Assembly (NCBI GenBank): GCA_021151525.1
Contig: JAGKXD010000003.1
Span: forward strand, 26,978 to 90,977
Source of the DNA: Cellvibrionaceae bacterium
Lineage (GTDB): Bacteria > Pseudomonadota > Gammaproteobacteria > Pseudomonadales > Cellvibrionaceae
Direction: 5' to 3'
Length of the DNA stretch: 64,000 nucleotides
The notes beneath the pieces were generated by a model. That model was given only the letters and a program-made list of their open reading frames with translations. It ran no database searches and was not told the DNA's origin. The translations under genes and the position numbers were made by a program. Positions 40,496 through 48,509 of this stretch are shown here, one piece after another (the first letter of the stretch is position 1; each line of letters opens with the position of its first letter).

Positions 40496-41107
40496 ATGAG
40501 TAAAATTGGAAGTCATACCTCCCGCCGCGAACAAATTCTTTCCGCGCTGGCCAAGATGCTTGAAGAGAGCCCGGGCGAGCGCATCACTACGTCGGCCTTA
40601 GCAAAAGCTGTAGGTGTTTCAGAAGCTGCACTTTATCGCCACTTTCCCAGCAAAACAAAAATGTTCGAAGGCTTAATCGAGTTTATTGAGGAAAGTATTT
40701 TCTCTCAAATCACCTTGGTGATTGCAGAAGAAAAATCGGCGATCAAGCGCTGCGAATTAGTGGTTAAGCTTATACTCAATTTTGTTGAACAAAATCCGGG
40801 ATTGTCGCGCCTCTTGGTCGGCGATGTACTAACAGGGGAAACGGAGCGCTTACGTCAACGCATAGCACAATTCTTTGAGCGTGTTGAAACTCAACTAAAG
40901 CAAATCTTGCGCGACGCTGAATTGCGCAATCATTTACAAGCCGCATTACCGGCAGCCGCTTTCGCTCATTTTTTAATGGCCTACGTTGATGGTGTTATGG
41001 TCCAGTTTGTGCGGAGCGAATTTCAAAAACTGCCCGGCGACCAATGGTTGGAGCAGTGGCGGGCTTTGGCACCACTGCTTATGCAGATTGAATTAATTGA
41101 AGTGTAA
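40496..41107 (+). CDS. slmA: Nucleoid occlusion factor SlmA (TetR family)
   Basis: RREQIL...RITT..LA..VGVSEAALYRHFPSKTKMFEGLIEFIE. Confidence 0.95.
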   Translation: MSKIGSHTSRREQILSALAKMLEESPGERITTSALAKAVGVSEAALYRHFPSKTKMFEGLIEFIEESIFSQITLVIAEEKSAIKRCELVVKLILNFVEQNPGLSRLLVGDVLTGETERLRQRIAQFFERVETQLKQILRDAELRNHLQAALPAAAFAHFLMAYVDGVMVQFVRSEFQKLPGDQWLEQWRALAPLLMQIELIEV

Positions 41108-41130
41108 AAACCTGGGTCTAATTCCAAAAT

Positions 41131-41154
41131 AAAAAAACCGGCTGCGCCGGTTTT
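41131..41154. terminator. Bidirectional terminator
   Basis: AAAAAAACCGG-CTGCG-CCGGTTTT. Confidence 0.75.
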
Positions 41155-41779
41155 AATTTGATTGACCAGTAATTTGAATAAAGCGTTCTTTGTCTTGATC
41201 ATATTTCGCGGCGGCGCCATCGTATTCTGCTTGGCGCTGTTTGATCTGATTGTTGAGATCCTTTTCTTCTGCACGTAGAGTCGAAATGTTTTTCAGAATA
41301 TCTTCAGAGACAGTTTTGCCATTGCGCTCAATCGTTGCGGCATGCTCTTCTTGAGCTTTCAATTGGGTTTTAACGCTTGCAAGGTTTGCCTGCAAAATAC
41401 TAATGGTATTTACCAGTTCTTGCAGGTTCCGTGTTTTGGCTGAATCAATATCTTTCACTGAGCTATACGTTTGGCGCAATAGCAAATCTACACGAGCTTG
41501 CTCTTTAGCAGCTTTGCGCTCCTTGGCAATACGATCGGCGTCAGCTTCCGGTGGTGCCGGTGGAACTACCTTAAGCACCTCACCGTTAATGGTTAACATT
41601 TCATAACCGTTGCGCACATACTGAGGTGGTATAGTTTGCGAAACCACCTTACCGCCATCGCTAGTGGTGTAACGATAGAAAACTTTTTTATCCGTTTCGG
41701 CAAACGTGTTTACACTCGCGACAATAAAAAAGCCGCTTATCACCAAAAGCTTTGCGATGGATTGGAATCGTTGTTTCAT
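41153..41779 (-). CDS. Secreted DUF4124-like coiled-coil protein (conserved neighbour of pyrE)
   Basis: Signal peptide; FYRY...G.V..TIPP...GYE; D..LRQTYSS..DI; long coiled coil. Confidence 0.7.
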   Translation of the reverse strand: MKQRFQSIAKLLVISGFFIVASVNTFAETDKKVFYRYTTSDGGKVVSQTIPPQYVRNGYEMLTINGEVLKVVPPAPPEADADRIAKERKAAKEQARVDLLLRQTYSSVKDIDSAKTRNLQELVNTISILQANLASVKTQLKAQEEHAATIERNGKTVSEDILKNISTLRAEEKDLNNQIKQRQAEYDGAAAKYDQDKERFIQITGQSN

Positions 41780-41846
41780 AGCTACCAAACATTAATTAAG
41801 GAATGAACGTTAGGTGTAAGTTTAAAACCTACACCTTAACCTTAGC

Positions 41847-42491
41847 TTACTCCACGCCATAGGTGCTGCGATAAGCTTTAATTTTGCTCACCATATCCTG
41901 TTGGTTTGCCTGACCCTCAAGATAATGGATTATATGATTTAAGTTAATGATGCTGACCACAGGAATATTAAAAGATTGTTCAACCTCTTGAATTGCAGAC
42001 AAGTCGCCCTGACCTCTTTCTTGGCGATTGAGACCAATCAAGACCGCAGCTGGCACGGCTCCTGCTGACTGAATAATGGACATGACTTCACGCACTGCAG
42101 TTCCTGCGGTTATGACATCATCTACGATTAAAACTTTGCCCACTAAGGGTGCGCCAACGAGCGTTCCGCCCTCTCCGTGGTCTTTTGCTTCTTTGCGGTT
42201 GTAACAATAGGGCAGATCTTGTTGATGATGATCTGCCAAGGCGATAGCAGTGGTAGCTGCCAAAGGAATACCTTTATAGGCAGGACCGAAAACAATATCG
42301 AAATCGATATTGGTATCTTTGATGGCGGCGGCGTAGTAGCGGCCCAGTTCGGCCAGAGCGCTGCCGGTTTGAAAACGGCCAGCGTTAAAAAAGTAGGGGC
42401 TGGTGCGGCCAGATTTCAGGGTGAACTCACCAAAGCAGAGTGCTTGGTGCTTAATCGCCAGCTGAATGAAGTCGTGCTGGTATTTTTGCAT
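41847..42491 (-). CDS. pyrE: Orotate phosphoribosyltransferase
   Basis: [35 protein letters not shown]. Confidence 0.99.
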   Translation of the reverse strand: MQKYQHDFIQLAIKHQALCFGEFTLKSGRTSPYFFNAGRFQTGSALAELGRYYAAAIKDTNIDFDIVFGPAYKGIPLAATTAIALADHHQQDLPYCYNRKEAKDHGEGGTLVGAPLVGKVLIVDDVITAGTAVREVMSIIQSAGAVPAAVLIGLNRQERGQGDLSAIQEVEQSFNIPVVSIINLNHIIHYLEGQANQQDMVSKIKAYRSTYGVE

Positions 42492-42717
42492 GCAAATTTC
42501 CTATTTATGGACTAAGTTTTAAGAAAGCTAAGGTCGGCAGACCCAAGAATAAGATTTTATGGGCATGGGTATTGAACTCAATTGTCTTTTGGTTATCTAG
42601 TAGTTTTCCTACTTACAATTCCCCATAAAGCTTCTAAAATTGTAACAATTCGAAACATAGGTAACACATTGTGATAAACCTTGGGTATCATACACAGTCC
42701 GTAATCAAGGGGCTAAC

Positions 42718-43494
42718 ATGAGAGTTATAAGTCTTAGCGTCGATGGGATCGTTCAGTCGGCGCAGCGCGGTCTTTATGACTGGCTGGCAAATCAGGATGC
42801 AGATCTAATCTGTTTGCAAGATCTTCGCGCTCGCGAGCGCGATATGGAAAAGCCCGAGTACCAACTTGACGGCTACTTTGCTTATTTCTTTGACTCCGGT
42901 ACCAAAAATTACAACGGTGTAGCTATTTATACCCGCGTTCAACCCAAAGCACTTATTTACGGATTGGGCTTTGCCTCTGGTGTCGATATGGAAGGTCGCT
43001 ACTTACAAGTCGATTACGAGCAACTGAGTGTAGGCTCATTGCTGGCTCCCAGTGCAACCTCAGAGCTTGAGTCGCAAGAAGTTAAAATTAAGTTCTTTGA
43101 TGATTTCCAGGCCCACCTCGACAAAATTACCCGCAAGCGTCGCGAATACATTTTCTGCGGTAACTGGGCCATGGCTCATACCCCGCGCGACGTGAGCAAC
43201 TCTGGTGAAAACCAACACAACTCTGGCTTCCTGCCCCATGAACGTCAATGGTTGAGCCAGCTCTATAACCAACTGGGCTATGTAGATGCATTCCGCCGCG
43301 TCAATAAAGACAGCGACGAATACAGCTGGTGGCCAAAAGGTTTAAAAGGCGACGGTGATGGCTGGCGTACAGACTTCCAAGTTGTCTCCAACAGCATTGG
43401 GCCAAAAGTTGAATACGCTGCAATTTATAAAACCCAGCAGTTCTCCAGCCATATGCCGGTCATTATCGATTACGATATAGAACTCTTGCCTTAA
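42718..43494 (+). CDS. crc: Catabolite repression control protein Crc (catalytically degenerate ExoIII fold)
   Basis: Divergent from pyrE as in Pseudomonas; ICLQD, QLDGYF, QPKALIYGLGF, RKRREYIFCG; lacks ExoIII LQE/GDxN/SDH residues. Confidence 0.85.
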   Translation: MRVISLSVDGIVQSAQRGLYDWLANQDADLICLQDLRARERDMEKPEYQLDGYFAYFFDSGTKNYNGVAIYTRVQPKALIYGLGFASGVDMEGRYLQVDYEQLSVGSLLAPSATSELESQEVKIKFFDDFQAHLDKITRKRREYIFCGNWAMAHTPRDVSNSGENQHNSGFLPHERQWLSQLYNQLGYVDAFRRVNKDSDEYSWWPKGLKGDGDGWRTDFQVVSNSIGPKVEYAAIYKTQQFSSHMPVIIDYDIELLP

Positions 43495-43513
43495 GTCACA
43501 TTACAGTGCATTA

Positions 43514-43545
43514 CAAAAACCCCGCCTACTTAGGCGGGGTTTTTA
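43514..43545 (+). terminator. Terminator after crc
   Basis: AAAAACCCCGCCTA-CT-TAGGCGGGGTTTTT. Confidence 0.9.
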
Positions 43546-43700
43546 TTTTGATAAGCTTAAAAATAAAAAATGAATAAAAAGTTGCCCTATTTCCAGTTAT
43601 TCCCAAATATTCCGCTTCCTAGTTTGCAAGGAATCCCCAAGAATAAGTTTCAGGCTTGCGTAATTGCAGCCTTACTGAATTATTTTTTAAAGGAATTTTT

Positions 43701-44432
43701 ATGAACGTTGGTGAAAAAATAAAACAGCTGCGCACAGATAAAAATCTCACCCAGCCGCAACTCGCGGAAGCGATTGGCATTGAGCAATCTTATTTGTCGA
43801 AATTAGAAAATGATAAATCGGTTCCTTCTGCCGATATTTTTCAAGCAATCCTAAAGGCGCTTGCGGTAGATGTTGGAAATTTTCTTGAGGGGATAGATGA
43901 AAAAATTATCCATCGCCAATTGCGACAAATTCCGGAAGTGGCAAATTATTTAAACGCAGGTGTTGCGTACAAAATCCACAATATTAAAAAGTGGTTGTAT
44001 GGTTCTGCGGTGGCTTGTGTGATTGGGCTTACCTTGATAGTGGCGAGCTATAAAGGATTGCTCTTTTCAGATAAGCAGTACAACTACGTATCCGAAGGCG
44101 TGATTTTGGAGGGGGAACCAACTAATATTTATCGCACGCACAACACGATTGCATTCTCAAGATTGCAGGCAAACGAAATCACTACTGCAGAAATGCTAAA
44201 GCTGGAAAATGAGTTTGCGATCAAGCGAATCAGGGAGGAAAGAATGCTGCTTACGGATTATCGTGGCGATGATTTTATGTTGCCAGTTGAAGGTGGGTCG
44301 CGAATCTATCACTTAACCGATACTGCTCAGAATGAACGGGTAGAAAATCGTTTTCTTATGCTGTTGGGTGTTTTGTTGGCATTTTCTGGATTGCTAGGCT
44401 TCTTCGTTGAATTTCGTTTGCGAAGAATTTAA
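43701..44432 (+). CDS. XRE-family HTH protein with two TM helices
   Basis: IKQLR..KNLTQPQLAEAIGIEQSYLSKLEND; two hydrophobic segments; RBS AAGGA. Confidence 0.85.
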   Translation: MNVGEKIKQLRTDKNLTQPQLAEAIGIEQSYLSKLENDKSVPSADIFQAILKALAVDVGNFLEGIDEKIIHRQLRQIPEVANYLNAGVAYKIHNIKKWLYGSAVACVIGLTLIVASYKGLLFSDKQYNYVSEGVILEGEPTNIYRTHNTIAFSRLQANEITTAEMLKLENEFAIKRIREERMLLTDYRGDDFMLPVEGGSRIYHLTDTAQNERVENRFLMLLGVLLAFSGLLGFFVEFRLRRI

Positions 44433-44448
44433 ATTTTTTACGCGGAAT

Positions 44449-44481
44449 AAAAAAGGGGCGATTTAATCGCCCCTTTTCTTT
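44449..44481. terminator. Bidirectional terminator
   Basis: AAAAGGGGCGAT-TTA-ATCGCCCCTTTT. Confidence 0.9.
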
Positions 44482-44492
44482 TCGACAACATC

Positions 44493-45215
44493 TCAATTCG
44501 TCGCCAAAGCTTCCTGCTGCAAGCGATGCAAATCAGCAATCCCCTGCTTAGCCAATTTCAACATAGCTGCAAATTCTTCTTCGGTAAAAGGCTCAGCTTC
44601 CGCCGTGCCTTGAATTTCAATAATTCCGCCGTCATCACCCATCACCACATTCATGTCGGTATCGGCAGCGGAGTCTTCAGGGTAATCCAAATCCAACACA
44701 GGCACGCCTTGGTAAATACCCACAGAGACAGAAGCGATTGCGCGTTTAAGCGGTTCGCCAGTCACTTTGCCGGTCGCTTTTAAGTGTGCAACTGCATCGG
44801 CAAGTGCAACCCATGCGCCGGTGATAGACGCTGTTCGAGTACCGCCATCAGCTTGAATAACATCACAATCGATATTAATGGTGTTCTCGCCCAACAGGCT
44901 TAAATCTACTGCCGCGCGCAATGAACGACCAATTAAACGTTGAATTTCTACGGTGCGGCCTTGCTGTTTGCCACGTGCCGCTTCGCGATCCATTCGCGTG
45001 CCTGTTGAGCGCGGCAACATGCCGTATTCTGCCGTGAGCCAACCTTGCCCTTGGCCGCGCAAAAAGCTGGGCACGTTATTCACCACGCTGGCCGTACAAA
45101 TCACTTTGGTATCACCAAATTCAACTAAAACCGAGCCTTCAGCGTGCTTGGTGTAGCGACGGGTGATGCGAATATCGCGGAGTTGGTTGGGGTTTCGGCC
45201 ACTTGGACGTTGCAT
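44493..45215 (-). CDS. rph: Ribonuclease PH
   Basis: [31 protein letters not shown]. Confidence 0.99.
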   Translation of the reverse strand: MQRPSGRNPNQLRDIRITRRYTKHAEGSVLVEFGDTKVICTASVVNNVPSFLRGQGQGWLTAEYGMLPRSTGTRMDREAARGKQQGRTVEIQRLIGRSLRAAVDLSLLGENTINIDCDVIQADGGTRTASITGAWVALADAVAHLKATGKVTGEPLKRAIASVSVGIYQGVPVLDLDYPEDSAADTDMNVVMGDDGGIIEIQGTAEAEPFTEEEFAAMLKLAKQGIADLHRLQQEALATN

Positions 45216-45362
45216 GCTCTAATTCCTTACTTCTGAATGTGATATGAGGAAGGTGTGTTACCATCCACCTAAATGTAATGCTTGTTCTGACAAAATGGGC
45301 CGAACTTTACCAGTTATGGCAGCCACAAGTCACCAAGCCACCGCAAACTAAAGGAACACTCT

Positions 45363-46232
45363 ATGCCACGCAGTATGACCGGCTTCGCGCGCCGTGAAGC
45401 GAAGCTCCCTTGGGGAACGGCCGTTTGGGAAATTCGTAGTGTTAACCACCGTTATTTGGAACCCAGTTTCCGCCTACCAGAAGACTTCCGTGAGATTGAA
45501 CCCAGCCTGCGCGATGCCATGCGCAAATCCCTTCAGCGCGGCAAGGTAGAGGCCAGCTTAAGCATTCATTGGGAGCAGGAAGGCGAAGCCGATTTAGGCA
45601 TCAACACCGCGCGTGTTGCGCAGCTCACTAAAGCCGCGCAGCAAATTAATAGCCTGCTCGGAGCCGCTGCCGCACCCATTAATGCCTTGGATATCCTCAA
45701 ATACCCCGGCGTGTTGCAAAAGCAAGAGCTGGATCGTGAAGCCATGCAAGCTGCCGTTTTGAAGCTTTTTGATTCCGCTTTGGAAGGTTTAATCGAACAT
45801 CGCACCCGCGAAGGTAATGAGCTAGAACAGTTAATTTTGCAGCGGTTGGATGCAGTTTCAGCGCAAGTCGTGAAAGTTCGCGCCCGAATGCCCGAAATTC
45901 TCGCTGCACAGCGCGAAAAGCTACAGGTGAAACTCGCTGCATTACAAGTGGATTTAGACCCTGAGCGTCTAGAGCAAGAAATTGTGTTACTTGCCCAAAA
46001 AGCCGATGTTGATGAAGAGCTGGATCGCCTCGATACTCACGTCATCGAAGTCAAACGCAGCCTCAAGCAGACAGATTCGCTCGGTCGCCGTTTAGATTTC
46101 CTCATGCAAGAGCTCAACCGCGAAGCCAACACACTCTCCTCGAAAAGTATTGTGAGCGATACGACTCAGGCCGCTGTTGAGTTGAAAGTGCTGATCGAGC
46201 AAATGCGTGAACAGGTGCAAAACATTGAGTAG
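45363..46232 (+). CDS. yicC: YicC/YloC family endoribonuclease
   Basis: SMTGF, EIRSVNHRYL, GRRLDFLMQELNREANTL, EQMREQVQNIE. Confidence 0.97.
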   Translation: MPRSMTGFARREAKLPWGTAVWEIRSVNHRYLEPSFRLPEDFREIEPSLRDAMRKSLQRGKVEASLSIHWEQEGEADLGINTARVAQLTKAAQQINSLLGAAAAPINALDILKYPGVLQKQELDREAMQAAVLKLFDSALEGLIEHRTREGNELEQLILQRLDAVSAQVVKVRARMPEILAAQREKLQVKLAALQVDLDPERLEQEIVLLAQKADVDEELDRLDTHVIEVKRSLKQTDSLGRRLDFLMQELNREANTLSSKSIVSDTTQAAVELKVLIEQMREQVQNIE

Positions 46233-46599
46233 CATCCAGCTCCCCGCCAAGCCTTTCTACACCGCCGATTGTGCGATTGAGGATATAGGCGTAGACCCTG
46301 ATCCTACCCAAAAAGGCAAAGTAGAGGCTTGGGCTATGGGGCGTGCGATTTTGGTTTCCGGCGAGGTCGAATTGCACTTTAACTGGGTCGCGCAGGGCGG
46401 GGATTCTCTGCAAACTGCGTTTGATTTTGCGGTTTACCTCGATGAAGAAGCGCCGGATTTTCAGCTTGAAGGTTTGGAAGCGCTTTCGAAAGATGAGCAA
46501 CAAGCAGTGATCAAACAAATTCTGGATTCCAGCCCGTGGCGGGCTGAAATTCTGGAATGCCTACCTAAAAATCAGACGGAACTGGCACAGTTACAGTAG
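46225..46599 (+). CDS. Acidic hypothetical protein overlapping the yicC stop; start uncertain
   Basis: Protein-like ORF filling the gap; TTG at 46225 overlaps the end of yicC. Confidence 0.6.
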   Translation: MSSIQLPAKPFYTADCAIEDIGVDPDPTQKGKVEAWAMGRAILVSGEVELHFNWVAQGGDSLQTAFDFAVYLDEEAPDFQLEGLEALSKDEQQAVIKQILDSSPWRAEILECLPKNQTELAQLQ

Positions 46600-46611
46600 C
46601 TTGCCGCCGGT

Positions 46612-47691
46612 TTAAGCCGTCAAATTAATCTGTTGCACCACCCCGGTATTCCCGTCTTCGGTGAGATAAATCCCCGAACTCGCCACGTCCCCCAGTGAAT
46701 TGTTGGCATCGTCTTTGATTTGAAAAGGCGAGGTCACGTGGCCGAGAAAAATCGCGCCTATGTTTTTATCGCCCAGTGCGACTAGCTGCTGGGAGCCATC
46801 CTCGTTAAAACTCCAAATGCGTAACTTCTTATAGATGCTGTCGCCTTCGTCGATGAAATGGTTGCCATCTTCGTCAAATTTGGCAAGCTCTGAAAAGCCT
46901 TGGCCGCTGGCAGGGCCGAAGAGTTCGCTGCCGTTGTTGATGACGCCATCGCCGTTGCGATCCAAGGCTAAAAAGCCGCTGCCGGGGCGCAGGCTGGCGA
47001 GTTGTTCTTCGCTGCCGTCGTTATCCAAATCAAACTTGAAGCGGGTTTGGCTGAGCTGTGCTCCTTGGCCATCAAAGTTAATGACCAGTGGGTCAACCTT
47101 TCTGGCGTCGCCAGCGCGGATGGTTAAGTTGGATTCCTCCACGTAGTTGCGGCTCATGCTCAGTGAGCTTGAAAACGTGATTTCGCGGCCATCTTGCGTA
47201 TGGATGACGCCTTCGGCGTTGAACTGCATTTTTTCCTGTTCCTGATAGCGTTCGTGGTGTTGGTAAACCATGCCATAACCGGCGGATTCCGGTGCGGGAG
47301 CGCTGGCGCTGGCGGGTGCAGAGCCGTCAATTTCCAGTGATGCGCTACCTCCATCCGTGGGTAATTTGCTGGGATCGATCATGTTCATGGGCTGGCCGGT
47401 AATGGCTTCGTAAAGGCGCTGCAAAATCATCAGGTTGATGCGCGAGCGGGCATCGAGGTTGCTGTTCAAATCGACTTTATAGCGGTTGCGCTGGAGTTCG
47501 AGCAGGGAAAAGCCGCGCGACGAAATGCTGACTTGCTCGTCCCAGCGCGGGTTGCTGGCTTCATCCTGAGTAGTAGTTTCAATGGGTTTGGCGGTTAGCC
47601 AGAAGTCGAGTTTCTCGCTGACTTGGTGTTCTTCGCGGTAATCATGGCTTGCGGTCATGGCGATTTGGGCGTTGGCGACGATCATAGTCAT
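46612..47691 (-). CDS. Hypothetical protein with DPLV...LALDRNGDG..NGSELFG calcium-binding-like (VCBS-like) domain
   Basis: DPLVINFDG, FDLDNDG, DRNGDGVIN, DEDGNHFID EF-hand-like loops. Confidence 0.8.
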   Translation of the reverse strand: MTMIVANAQIAMTASHDYREEHQVSEKLDFWLTAKPIETTTQDEASNPRWDEQVSISSRGFSLLELQRNRYKVDLNSNLDARSRINLMILQRLYEAITGQPMNMIDPSKLPTDGGSASLEIDGSAPASASAPAPESAGYGMVYQHHERYQEQEKMQFNAEGVIHTQDGREITFSSSLSMSRNYVEESNLTIRAGDARKVDPLVINFDGQGAQLSQTRFKFDLDNDGSEEQLASLRPGSGFLALDRNGDGVINNGSELFGPASGQGFSELAKFDEDGNHFIDEGDSIYKKLRIWSFNEDGSQQLVALGDKNIGAIFLGHVTSPFQIKDDANNSLGDVASSGIYLTEDGNTGVVQQINLTA

Positions 47692-47744
47692 TTAGCTCCA
47701 TTCATTGAGTTATTTATGAAGTGATTGGTTTACGAGTAATAGGG

Positions 47745-47771
47745 TTAGCGGCTAGATTGAGTAAACATTGA
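47745..47771 (-). promoter_or_regulatory. Putative sigma28 (FliA) promoter
   Basis: TCAA-15 nt-GCCGCTAA, ~55 bp upstream of the ATG at 47691. Confidence 0.6.
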
Positions 47772-48096
47772 GCAAATTTTGCCGCTTTTGCGAGATCGTT
47801 TGGTTATCAAGAGCGGTGGTTTAGCTGTGCCAATGGCATTTAAAGCTTCTTGTGCAGCGTGAAAATGAAAATTTTTTTAGCTTTTTTTTCGCATCAAACC
47901 TGTTCTTTTGAATCTTGATTTTGGGGCGTTTTGGCTGCCTTTGGTGCGCCGCCTATTTTTTTGCACAGCGCATTTCCCTGTTTTGGGGAGCTAAAACCCA
48001 TTTTTAAGGGCTAGTGGCTTAGCCTCACTTCCTTCCCGCAAGTTTCCCTGCCCTGATCTTGAGCAAAGTCAAAAAACGATCAAATTTCAAAAGGTG

Positions 48097-48290
48097 TGAA
48101 AATAATTCTCAAAACCCACAAAGAAAATTATTTTCTTGAAAAGTAATTTTCACGGTGATAATGTTTATTTCGAGGCAAGTTTTCAGGTTTTTAGTCTGTT
48201 TTGTGAAAATAGTTTTCAAAAACACTGTTTTAGGTAGCCTCATTAGATTTTGTGTTCAGTAATTAGCCTTTGGTGTGAATATGATTTTCA
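48097..48290. promoter_or_regulatory. Cluster of five TGAAAATnnTTTTCA-like operators with an overlapping putative promoter (TTGAAA 48136, TAATGT 48159)
   Basis: Sites at 48097, 48122, 48137, 48204 and 48276. Confidence 0.7.
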
Positions 48291-48509
48291 GGGCTTTTTT
48301 AGCCTAAGCCGAAGGTTGCTTTTGGGGAGTTGGGCAGGTGTTTTGAGTCGGTCTTGAAATGCCTGTAAGCAGCGGGCTGTCGCTGCGAGTTTTTGTACGT
48401 GCGAGCTTCTTTCTAAACATCAAGTGCCCGCGAATCTGGTCGCGGATATGCCTTGACCTTGGGGGCTTATGTTTAGCTTTTTAATTATTAGAAATGAGGG
48501 AGATAGGCC

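Noticed and set aside
42642-42666. Two GTAACA hexamers upstream of crc as CbrB sites
   Set aside because: They are in direct orientation rather than the inverted TGTTAC...GTAACA arrangement, and no sigma54 promoter is evident
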